Source: Cenococcum geophilum (Eukaryota). Taken from it: a stretch of 64,000 nucleotides of DNA. Under the pieces are notes generated by a model. That model was not told where the DNA came from. It did not search any database and worked only from the letters and a program-made list of their open reading frames with translations. Both the position numbers and the translations under genes were made by a program. This document shows, in pieces, positions 39,501 through 51,072 of this stretch. The stretch lies in contig CP158635.1 in NCBI GenBank assembly GCA_050273025.1, forward strand, positions 27,280,001 through 27,344,000, in the 5' to 3' direction. Each line of letters starts with the position of its first letter. The first letter of the stretch is position 1.

Positions 39501-42500
39501 GCACGCTTCTAGTGCATAATCTAATGCATTCGTTTTAACTACTATCTCTAACTATAGTTAATAGATTTTAAGAACTGGTTCTTAGGTAAACAACTATTTA
39601 ATCCTTTTAAACAGTTCCTTTTATTTCTCCCCCTATGCCCATAGTTCTTCCTTCTTCGTTAATCTCGTAAGTGGCTTAATGTCCTTTAACCATTAAGCTA
39701 TAAACCTTCTGCAGTAATTGCAGAACCCTAGGAATAACCTTAACTATATTACATTCTCTAGTTCTTACCAATTTACTATAGCCTTAATCTTCTTTAGATC
39801 TATGCTAAGTTGGCCTAGTTTAATGATAAATCTAATAAAATCAGTCTTCTTAGTAAAGAACTCGCATTTCTTAATTGCTACTAGCATCTATTCTTCTTAT
39901 AGTCTCTTTAAGACCTATTTAACATGTTCTTTATATTCTTTCTCACTTATTAAGTAGATGATAATGTTATTAAGGTATACCATAATAAATTTATCTAAAT
40001 GTTCCCTTAGTATATTATTAATGCGTTTCTAAAACGTTGCTAGTGCATTTATAAGCCTAAATTGTATAACTAATGGTTTATATAGTCCTTCCTTTAACCT
40101 AAAGGCTGCCTTCTATTTGTCGCCTTCCTTAATTCTAATCTAATGGTATACCCATCTTAAATCTATCTTCATAAAGATTTATATATTACTAATCCTGTCT
40201 TAAATTTCGCTAATTAAGGGTAAAAGGTACCTATCCTTTCTGGTGATGCTGTTTAACTATCTATAGTTAATATATAGCCTAAGTTTTCTATTTTTCTTTG
40301 GTACGAACAGTACTGGATATCCTGCTGATAATTGTAATGGTCTAATATATCCTTTTTAAAGGTTTTCTTAGATAAACTCCTTAAGTACTTATAACTCCTT
40401 TTTTGTTAATTTATAGGTTAGGTAAAACCTTAAACTTATTCTTAGTTCTAACTCTATTTTATAGTCCTATGCTATATAATTTAATAGCTTTTTACTTTCT
40501 AGTAACCATAGCTTTTTGCCATATTTATGGTATCTTTTTGGTATATAGCTTAATCCTTAATTAGTCTCCTTATATATCGCTCCAACTTAGTACTATACTA
40601 ACTTAGTTTATTGTCGCATCTTATATTATCATGTATTTCTAATATTGACCTAACCTATAACCTAATTGATCTTTGGATTATATTCCTATAACTAAGGCAT
40701 TCCTAGTACTGCCTTATTATTTCCTAATGGTAATATATTAAAAAACATCTCGATTTATCTTCCTTTAATAGTTATCTAAATTGGCCCTATTTTAAGATTG
40801 ATAATACCTCCTCTATAGGCTATTAGATCTCCTAAAATTATTACTAATAGGTAAGGGTGCTCTTTCTACCTGTGTGGTATCCTCATCCTTTTAACTGCTG
40901 CTAGTAAAATGTGGTTTCTTATTACTTTACTATCTACTAATACTTTGAACTGTTAATCTTGCTATTTAATTCTTAGGTTTAGGTATTGTCCTTAAATTTC
41001 TTTAAGGGTTTAAGGCTCTACTGCTGGCTCCCTTTAGTCCCGTAGGCCTTTACTTTTCCCAATTATTAGCTGCTTAATCCGGTTATACTTAGCTCATTCT
41101 TTAGCTAATACCTAGTTTGCTTTTTATCTTTAATATGCCATAGATAGGTATTCTCTAGATATTTCTACTATTATTGTCTATCTAAGCATTCTTCTATAAG
41201 GAATCTTCCTGGTTAAAGTATTAAATCTCCTTTCTCTTAGACTTTTACTGGATACTAGCCGTGCATATACTTAGTATTCCTATACTATTACTTATCTATT
41301 ATCCAGTATATCCTTATAGGGTATTTCCGATTCTTTTTTTTTTAGATTTTTGTGCATTTCGTATATATCGTCTATACACGCAATCCATGATAGTATATAG
41401 TGTGCTGGGTGCTTTAGGTTAACTCTTAGCTCATCTTTATTCTTAAGTTTAAACCTTTATTATGCTAATCTAAACGTTATGACTTTATTTATAGGTACTA
41501 AAACGCGCCTCTCGCTTCTCTAGTCCTCTAATCGTTCCTCTAGATCTTTTAATGTTATAATTAATGCTCCCTTAATATGGTTCATCGCTTTTTCTGTAAT
41601 TAGGTGGTCTTAGATAACTTTTTCGTTTAACTATATATAGAAATCTTCCTACTTATCGTTATATCGCTGTCTATACTACTTTTAGTAAAGCTGCTAGAGT
41701 ATATACGGCTTATTTATAAGGAAGTATCTTCTTATTACTACATTATAACAGCCCTTTATATGTCGTTCTTCGAACCTAGTAGAAATCCCTAGATCCTCTT
41801 TACTTTCCAGTTTAGTAAGCCATTTGGCTCTTAGTATACCTATTCTTAGCCTATTAGTAATTCTTTATACAGGTGCTCTGTCCTTTATACGTCCTAATAT
41901 ACTAGATCTTTTGTCTAGTTTCTGTTCCTACTATAAGGTAATTCTCACTCTAAACTCCTCTATGGTTTCTTTCTTTTCGCGTCTTATAAGTAGATCCTTA
42001 AAGTCCTCTTACTTCTTAATCTTAGTATTAAATCCTTAATCTTTAGTCTAAATATCTTGTTTAACTAGTAAGTCTTCTAGGTCTATATATCTGTCTCCTA
42101 GTCTAACTATTGTTTATATTACAGATTCCCCAATCTATAAAGAAGCTCCTTACCTCTTACTTATAGGTGTCCTAATTTATACTCCGAATTCTTAATCCCT
42201 TAGATTCTTTAATCCTAAGCTTGCTTCTATCTTAAGCTTAGCTCTAGCCTTAGTCTAACTAGGCTTTACTAGTGTCCTTATCTTATTTTAAGAGTCTTAG
42301 ATCTTACTCTTCTTATCCTAAGAGTCTTATGCTGTTAGGAACGCTTGTCCTAAGCTTATTCGTATATTCTTAAACTAAGCTACTACTTTGCTCTATCGGT
42401 TATTGTCTATTATAGGTCTCTAAGCATACCTTATCTTATCTTAAGAATTTTAGTTATCTCTTATCTCGTCTTAAGAATCTTAAGCCTTTAGCCTTATGCC

Positions 42501-44550
42501 TTTATTAAGTGGTAAGCTAGCACTAGCAGTTATCTGCTTACTTAATTATCTCTAGATATTACTCCTTCTGTCTTGTAAAGCGATAGATGCCGTATCTAAC
42601 GGTGTTATAATGCCCGTTACTAAACCTTGCCCTATGGCGGTCTTAGTTTCTACTTCTATTACACTATTAAGGTTTAGATACCCCTAGTTGGTTCCTTTAC
42701 TATCCCTATTGCTGTTAATTAATAAGTACTCCGACTCTATTATTATTATTACTAATCTTTATCTGCACGTTGCTGTGATATCCTAATCTAGCTTATAGAG
42801 TCGATTTTGTTCTTTGTCTAACTCTTAGGTTCCTTTAAGTTCTCTTAACTCTAGCTTCTATAGCCAATAGCTTACACTATACTTGGCGTCTTTATAAATT
42901 TAGCATACGTTATTATAATAAAACGCAAAACTTTTAATTAAACATTCTTTTATTTCTTATAGTGCACTATTATCTCTTTATACGTGTGTGTTATATACTA
43001 CTAGTCTAGTTTCCTTTACTATATAATAACTCTAACTACTTCTACAGTCTCTGGCGAAATAACCCTGTTTTCTATAATTTATATAAGCTCTATCTTTAAA
43101 CCATTGTTTTACTATAAAGTTCGCTTAAACATCTTCTGCTGCTAAGATCCTTAGTTTAGCCTATACTCCTTAGTCCTATAATTACTTAATCCTTAACCTC
43201 TAGGTTTCTATAGTTTTTTACTTCATCTTTTATAGGTTTCTTTAGTACCACTTAGGTTTATTAGCTCTGCGCCATACCATAGTTTTTAATTTGGCTTTAG
43301 TTATTGCGTACTTTATATCTTATATAACTACGGGACTTTATCCTAGCCCCTCTTAGCTTATTCCCTTTAGAAGATTCTATTATTAATCTTAATTGCTTAA
43401 TCTATTAATTCCCTTAGGGTATCCATATCTTCTATTAAAATAATTATGTCCTAGACTTTAGCCTTAAGTCCCTATTTATATTATGCTATAAGCGCCTTAT
43501 TATTCTACTTAAGTTATATAGCTAGCGTTTAGAATTATATTATGTACTTAATTGCTAAAGTTTATTATATTAGGTCCTAAAGCTTTCTTTCCGCTATAGT
43601 TATTGCTTCTAGGTCCCCAAATATTTATATAAGTCGCTCTATAAATCTATTCCAGCTTAAAAACATAAACCATACTTTTTAGTTTATTATTGTTATTCTA
43701 TTTACTTATATCTCTATAAGGTAAGACTTAAACTACTTAAGTACTCTCCCTAATAAGAACAATCCTGCATATGCTACTTAATCTATAGTTATTGCTAGCT
43801 TTACTCCTTCTTGCGTAACCTTAAAGTATATTTATATAAGAAATCCCTTAAGCTTTAATCTTTCTCTTAAGAATTTTTCAATTAATGGTAACTTAACCTT
43901 TACTACCCCTATCCCATTAATCCTATTTTCGAGTGCTGTATTATCTCCCGTTAACTAATTAACTATTATTTATAACTGTTCTACTGTTATAAGCTGTTAT
44001 AAGTTAGTGTCTGCTATACTAGTATCGTTACCTAATCCTAACGTAGTTACCGCCATTAATAGCGTTATAGTAGCTGCTTTTGGTGGCATATTATTTAACT
44101 TATTAAAACCGTAACTGTGGTAGTAATTATATAACGGAGCCTTATAGTAGGGACTATGGTAAACTCGTTAATAGGCTAGGTATATAGGTATTATAAGTAA
44201 GTTAATAACGTAATAACAACTGGTGGAGTAGTTGCCCAATAGATTAACTCTAATTATATTCTAAGAATTACTACGAGGAAGGAACTATCTAGGTAAGGAC
44301 TAAGGGTCCTTAAATACACGCCCGTACTCCTACGAAAGTCGTTGCTCTGTCTACTCTGTCTGCTCTATTCGCTTTGTTATAGATCTTATAAATTACACAG
44401 ATCACATAGATTATATCACGTGACTTTGCTTACCATTCCTTGTTATATGGTTCCACGGGTTCCATCCTAGACCGTGCTTGTATTAACTAATTAGCTTCTT
44501 CCGACTCTTCTCCAAGTAGTCGTAACATTGTACTTAAAGCGTCCGTAATA
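36522..44550 (-). mobile_element. Full-length Gypsy/chromovirus family A copy A3 (8029 bp)
   Basis: 421-bp LTRs at 36522-36942 and 44130-44550; TSD CCCGA; colinear with A2. Confidence 0.95.
37051..37730 (+). pseudogene. Antisense, intron-containing Zn2Cys6-like + coiled-coil gene carried by Gypsy family A (also in A2 from 11775 and A1 from ~20384)
   Basis: ATG at 37051. De-RIPed consensus MPKASS...LGEVMPSPCSRCAKKGLVCVTLASP.SRQPSSC.ECTKVNIR.SCDI gives C-x2-C-x6-C-x13-C-x2-C-x8-C. Inferred 55-nt intron at 37280-37334, then a helical segment (..RLKKVRKKVRLKE.KLMEQGLQEL). 3' end approximate. Confidence 0.65.
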
Positions 44551-45030
44551 CCCGAGCTTTTACGCTAGAAGATAGTTAATACTAATATTAAAAAATTCCT
44601 AAAAGGCAAACCAGAATTAACCTGTAAAGATATTCTATAATGCCTACTAAAGGAGTTTTATAAATATATTAAGCACTTTCTCCCTAAAAACGTAGATAAG
44701 CTACCCCTTTACTAACTATAGGACTATAAAATTAAGATTATCCCTAGAAACTAGGCCCTATACTATAAAAATAGACCACTCTTACCTATTAAACTTAGGT
44801 ATATAAAGAAATAGATTAATAAGATACTGGATAAGGGTTTTATCTGCAAATAAACCTTACTAGCTACTATACTGTGGTGGTGTAGATTGGACGTCGCCTA
44901 CTGTCTTAGCATTTTCCTATATTTATAGAGCCTTCGGCTTCCTTCCTTCTTCCCTTATCATATACATATCACGACTCTACCAGTTACCAGAAATACACTC
45001 TTTTCTTTCTTTCTTACTAACTGTTCTACT

Positions 45031-45077
45031 AACCGACCGACCGACCGACCGACCGACCGACTGACTGACTGACTAAC
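45031..45077. repeat. Compound (ACCG)n(ACTG)n microsatellite in LTR of E (also ~51015-51060)
   Basis: Directly visible in both LTRs, with slightly different unit composition. Confidence 0.9.
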
Positions 45078-45801
45078 AGCACCGTGACTTTCCTATCTTA
45101 GAGAGGTCGTACCCTCCCACATATTTTATGGCATTCCACGTGGGGACAACAGCAAGCTCTTTAGATTAGAAGTCTAGTGCTACATACACAGGAGACACGC
45201 AGGAATATACTACGACTACAGAAGAACTGCTAGCTGTAGAAGAACGACCAGCTACAGAAGAACTGCCAGCTAGACAGACAAGACAGCAGAAGAGAACCAG
45301 GCAGTATCGCACAGCAAGGGGAACTAGGCAGTACCGGAAAAAGATAGGACAGCTAGACTTTACGCATAGGCCAAAGAGTGGCAACAAGAAGCAAAAGACT
45401 ATAGGTCTATTAACCTAAATCGGATTTCTTTGCCACCTTAACTTAGTTACTAACTCGGTTACCGACCTAGTCACAGGAAGAGAAGGGTCTCGGAAAGTTA
45501 TATATAAGGAGGTCGGGCGAACCAGCAAGCCAATCAGACAACTTTAACCGGCGGCTGGAGTTACCGAGATCTACTACCGAGCATGGCCAGACCTTTATTA
45601 AAGATGCAAAGACGACACGCCAAGGGCCAATCAATCAGATGGAAACGAGATCTAAGACATCTGGCGGCGAAGGAAGTTAGTACTGCCATTCACGAACAAA
45701 GGAGACAATACCAAGCACGGTCGCAAGCACACGAGATCAGATCTGTCCTTGAAAGCTTCCTATTCTAGCTTAGCTTTATCTTCTTTCGAGTCATCCGGAT
45801 T

Positions 45802-47729
45802 ATGTCAGCAGCAGCTCTAGAGGCGTTCCGTGAAGAAGTAGATACGAGTAAAAGCAGGAGGCTTAGCAGCACCCTACCGCGCGGAACGACGGCAGTCCGA
45901 AACGGACGTACGAATCAAGACCCAGTAGCAGTAGATGAGGACTCTGTGTTCTCCCAGGGAGACCCCCCCTCAGGCGTCAAGAGGCAGGCCTCTGTTAGGG
46001 ACATGGCCGTACAAGTAGACCAGCCGAAGCATGAACCAACACCAGGACAGCCATCTGGGACACCCTCATCTCAGGCAGCTATGCAAGCAGACCTACCGCA
46101 GCGTTTACCCGTGACCCCTAGGACCGATAACCCTCAGCAGACGAAGGATATGGGCCGCAAGGACCACCTGCAAGCTCCCAAGGAGACTCTAGATGCACCA
46201 CCCTATGACCAGCAGTCGACGGCTCAAGACAAGATCTACGTCATGGTTTAGCCGATGCCAGCCCCAGGAACTGTTGGAACTCCTTACTTTACGGGACAGA
46301 ATATATCGCAGTTTATCGAGCAGTACGAACGGCTATGCGCCCGATATCATGTAACAAGTAAGAAACACCAGGGCCTTCCGGAGTACTGCGATTACTGGAT
46401 AGGGATGTGGGTCCGAAGCCTGCCTGAATTCACAGCTGGCAATTGGACGGAGCTTGTGAGAAAGCTTAGGGCAGAATACCGAGCGGACGACTACTACCGG
46501 CGCATGGAGACAAGGGACTTATGGAAGCTTTCGTTCGGAAGTCAGCGGAGTAGCCAGGAGATCTGCGTCACTATATGCAAGATTTCACCAGTATCTCAGC
46601 TAAAGCGGTAGCCGCAGGAAACCTTACTAAGCAAGAGAAGGGGCGGTGGTTTATGCGAGGACTCCCAATTGAATACAGCAGACATGCAATAGAAAGGACA
46701 GGAGCCGTAGTAGACAAGCCTAGCACCTTTGTGTTCGAAAGACTGAAGGAGGCCGTAGAGTCAAGGATAGTGGCTACAGAGAACGCTGAGCGAATGGCTG
46801 TCCTTTTGGAAGAAGATGTCCTGAATGTCCAGCTTATACAAGAGCTACGGCAGCAAAGGAATAGGCTCGACCGCCAAAGGGAAGGAGGACTTCTTGACCC
46901 AGCTAGACTAGGTGTACACGGAGGAGCCCTAATGCAGCAGCAGTCACCCACGGATCAGGCTACAGCTCACAGCCCAGCACTAGGATACGAAGACTGGCAG
47001 AACAGCACCCGACCCCCGCAAGACTCTCAATATCCGCAAGGCTCCCAATATCCGCAAGATTTTACTGCCTTTGGACGGCCGCAGTGGGACGCACAGGGTC
47101 AGCAAGGCACACAAAGACAAGGCTGGCAGACCTGTTTTGGATGCGGAGGTCACCGTTTTACTGAATTCGAATGCCAAGGCCTAAAGGATCTCGTTCAGCA
47201 AGGATTTGTGCATCTATCCGATCAAGAAAGACTAGCAGCTGGGACACGCGATCAACCTGGACCAGAACTCCCGCTGCTCGGCAATAAAGGACAGCTAAAG
47301 GGTATTAAGAACTGGCTGCGTACGTACCAAGGAACTAACCCAGATAGGCCAAGGAAAGAACAGACGCAGCAACCGGCTTTCCATGACGGAGTAGTGCTGA
47401 AGAACAGTGACAAAATGCGTACGAACTGGGAGGACTGCTATCAAGTACGGCCCACAGACTTAGTAGTAACGCCCAGCCAGCAACGTCCGCAGACTCGCCC
47501 GACCCTTAGAGACAGCCGTACGGCCAGGACAATCGTTAAGCCGCAGGCTCCGCAGCAGGCTCCGCAGCAGGTACCGCAGGCTCCGCCGCAGAAGAATGTA
47601 CGATCAGGAGATTCCATCCAGATTAGGTCACGGCCTGCGGATGAGACGGCTAAAGCTTGGAAGAAGAATAAATCGTTCGACCCTTGGAGACGGTCTTGGA
47701 GACGGACGCTTAACCAGGTCAGCCATTAA
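45802..47729 (+). pseudogene. gag-like ORF of element E (one stop at 46249-46251, one frameshift near 46520)
   Basis: MPAPGTVGTPYFTGQNISQFIEQYERLC..W.ELVRKLRAEY resembles a retrotransposon gag N-terminus. CFGCGGHRFTEFEC is zinc-knuckle-like. ORFs 45802-46251, 46255-46611 and 46575-47729 are contiguous. Confidence 0.7.
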
Positions 47730-48049
47730 CCCGCAGGCTCCGCAGCAGGTGTAGGATGTTTGACTAAGGGACAGTCAAGTTCTAAGGTGGGGGAGAGGGT
47801 GCAGGTAACGGCCGTATAAAAAGATTTCTATTTGTCTGCTTAATTACTATATTTCCTAAAGCTCCTTTTCTTATTTATTTTCTTAATTACAACGCGTCGA
47901 GACGCGTCAATCGCGACGACCTGCTACAGAGATGTCAGTTCAGCTTACCACCTGTTACCAAGCCAATAGCGATTTTCCATCCCGGGGATGGAAAATCCTA
48001 ATTGGTCCAATTAGCAATAGAGCCGGCAGAACTCTACACCGCCCCTAAA

Positions 48050-49900
48050 ACTCGATGATGCAGCTGCACGATGAGAACGGATACCGAGAGCCTCAATTGA
48101 TTGCACGGATATAGAGCCGATTGTACGACGCAGAGCTACACGCAGGGCCTTAATCGAATGACTGCACGGAAGCCTTGGTCAAACGATTGACTACACAGGG
48201 GCCACGACTAGTCGAGGAATCGAATCAAGCAGAGCCTCGATATCAGCACGTCGCCGTCACTGAATCAAATCAGTCGAATGTCGTCAAATTAGAGCCTTCG
48301 ACCGGGCCGACCTTGTTCCTTAATCGAACGACGACTGATCGCAGCACGACTGTCACTGCCATCCGAATTCAGTACTGCGCCAGCTGCACGACGAGAACGG
48401 ATACCACGGCAAGGAGGGGACCTGTACAAGGGCAGCAGCATGATCTTGGAAAACAAGCACCGCGGAAACGGCAAAGCAGTATACAAAGAGGCACTGCGAG
48501 ACAAGAGAAGACAAGGATGCTCTGCAAGAGATCGTACATAGGGCACAGCTAACCACCTTAGGCCTAAGCCATCCTTATGCGACTAAAGACAGGACCGAGC
48601 CGTGTCCGGCTAAGCTAGTAAAGGACTTTATCAAGGATTACAAGGGGAGCAGGCATTGGACGTATAGAAGCCAGCACTTCTCAGGGATCGTTTTAACGAA
48701 AGGACTATATTATAGACACAAGGGCAAGGGATATGCGACGGAGGTAGTCACGATAACTAAGAAGCTATTACCAGATGGCTTCGAAGATACTAAGGACGAC
48801 TTAGATAAAGCGCAGAGCCAGCAGGACAATGACAAAGAGACTAAAAGCAGAAGACAACCCCAAGAAGGTTCTTAAGCTGGAAGAAGATCAAGGATACGTA
48901 AGCATACAGCCAGCAGCGAGGGCAAAGAAGCAGCTACAAAGGACATCCTAGAAAAGCACCAGGCCTGCGAAAATGGTCTACTGGAAGCTGCCGCTTATGC
49001 TCACAAGGAAGTCTCAAGACAGGTCTCTGAATTAGACGTCTGGTGGACACTAAGAGCCTCAACCGACTACGGATGCAGAGCTCTAATCGATTAACTACAT
49101 GGATGCAAAGCTTTAACAGAACGACTGCACAGCTAGAGTCTTGATCGATTGTCCGTAGATGTAGAGCCTACGGATGCAGAACCCAGGTCGTACGTGTAGC
49201 AGAAGACACCTTGAGTCAAGCCAGAGCCTCAGTCAAATCCTGATCAGTCGAACGCCGCCTATACAAGCCAAGTCGTTAAATTAGAGCCTTCAGTCGGGCC
49301 GACCTAATACCCTATTTGAACGTCAGGTAATCGTACGGTCACAGTTAAATCGAATCAGTCACCCGTTGCCGTCAGACGTCTTCAATCAGCAGTCAAAGAT
49401 CCTACAATGGCAGACACGCAGGCATGCAGGCACTAGGCCTAACCAGGAGATCAGTATACGGCCGGAAGAACGTTTTGGAGCCTCTGCGAGAGTCTCTTCC
49501 CTTGACTGCCCACCCCCGTATCGTCTTTCTTGCAGATATAGATACGGAGCTTTACACGGAGTCTCACACGGAGCCTACGGATATGGAGCATACAGGTGCA
49601 GAGCCTTGATTGGACAACAGTACGGCAGCTTGACTGGACGTCTGTAGATCCGAAGCCTTAATCGAACGGCAGATGCGGAGCCTTGACCGATCGGACGTCT
49701 ACACGGAAGCTCTGATCAATTGTCTACGGATGTAAAACCTCAGTCGTGCATGCAGTAGAAGACGCCTTGAGTCAAGCTAGGGCCTCATCAAGTCTAGATT
49801 AGCTGAACGCTGTCTCCGCATTCAAATTAGGACAATCAGGGCCTTCGACCGGACCGACTTTCTACCTTAATCGAACGACCGAACGATCAGTTGCAGCACG
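48050..49900. repeat. Three diverged ~280-bp blocks built of ~27-bp subrepeats inside element E
   Basis: Blocks ~48070-48335, ~49050-49325 and ~49590-49885 share ACGGATGCAGAGCCTTRATCGA-like subunits and end in GAGCCTTC..GGGCCGACC..TAATCGAACG-like sequence. Confidence 0.7.
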
Positions 49901-51072
49901 TCGTCGCCGACCAATTAGACAGTCTTCGGCCAGCAGCCAAGGCAGGCATACACGCAGACACGGACGCAGACGCGGACGCAGAATATGCAATACAGAGCTA
50001 CTGACGCGCAGCCAGACGCGCAGCTAGATGCAGGGCCTGATGCAGACTTTTAATATTAAACGGCAGCGGAACAATCGAGTCAATCCAGAGCCTCTGCTAC
50101 CTTGATTGACTGTCCTGCCACCGCCACTACTGCAGCTATTCCGTCCAGCTATTCCGTCCTTGCTGTCTCAACCGACTGCTGTATCTACCGTCCTAGATCT
50201 GTACCGCTGCTAGGTCTATTTACTGCTGGATCTGCTAGGTCTGTTATGCCGTTCTATACAGCTATTCCGACCGACCTATTCTACTGCCGCTCTCCCGACC
50301 GCCATACCCTACCGTTTCGATCGCCCTGCCTCCAACCGACTGCTACTAACCACTGCCATTGACCGTTCTGTCACTGCTGCTACTGCTACTGCTACTGCTG
50401 TATTAACTGACTGCGACCAACCGACTGCTATCGACTGTCTGCCGCTACCGAGATTTCTACTACTTAAAGTTCTGCTACTTACTAACTGTTACCGAGTTCT
50501 TCTACCAACTGTTCTACCGCCGACTATTCTATTTTATTTTACCGCGCTAACTGTCTGCCGTATTACTATTGCTACCACCGTTACTGTTGCTGCTGTTACT
50601 GCTGTTGCTACTATTACTGCTGCCGCTATTATTTCTGGTTTACTGCTGTCCTAGTTACTACTAGTAGGAAGGTTAGATCTTAGCTATGGGTAACAAAAGG
50701 ACACCATAGAACAGTTCTATAGGAAGGCTGAGGATATAGTTACCTACGTTTATTTAGGGATATGCTTTCCTTTATCTATTCTGCTTTTGCTATACTCTCA
50801 TTTTGCTATTCTTCTATATTGTAGAACGTTAGGGGACAACGTTCTTAGTGGGGGAGGTATATAGTGGTGTAGATTGGACGTCGCCTACTGTCTTGGCATT
50901 TTCCTATATTTATAGAGCCTTCGGCTTCCTTCCTTCTTCCCTTATCATATACATATCACGACTCTACCAGTTACCAGAAATACACTCTTTTCTTTCTTTC
51001 TTACTGACTGTTCTACTGACCGACCGACCGACCGACCGACCGACTAACTGACTGACTGACAGCACCGTGACT

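Noticed and set aside
48050..49900. Regularly spaced ~27-bp repeats resembling a CRISPR array
   Set aside because: Eukaryotic LTR-element context, degenerate repeats without unique spacers, no cas genes.
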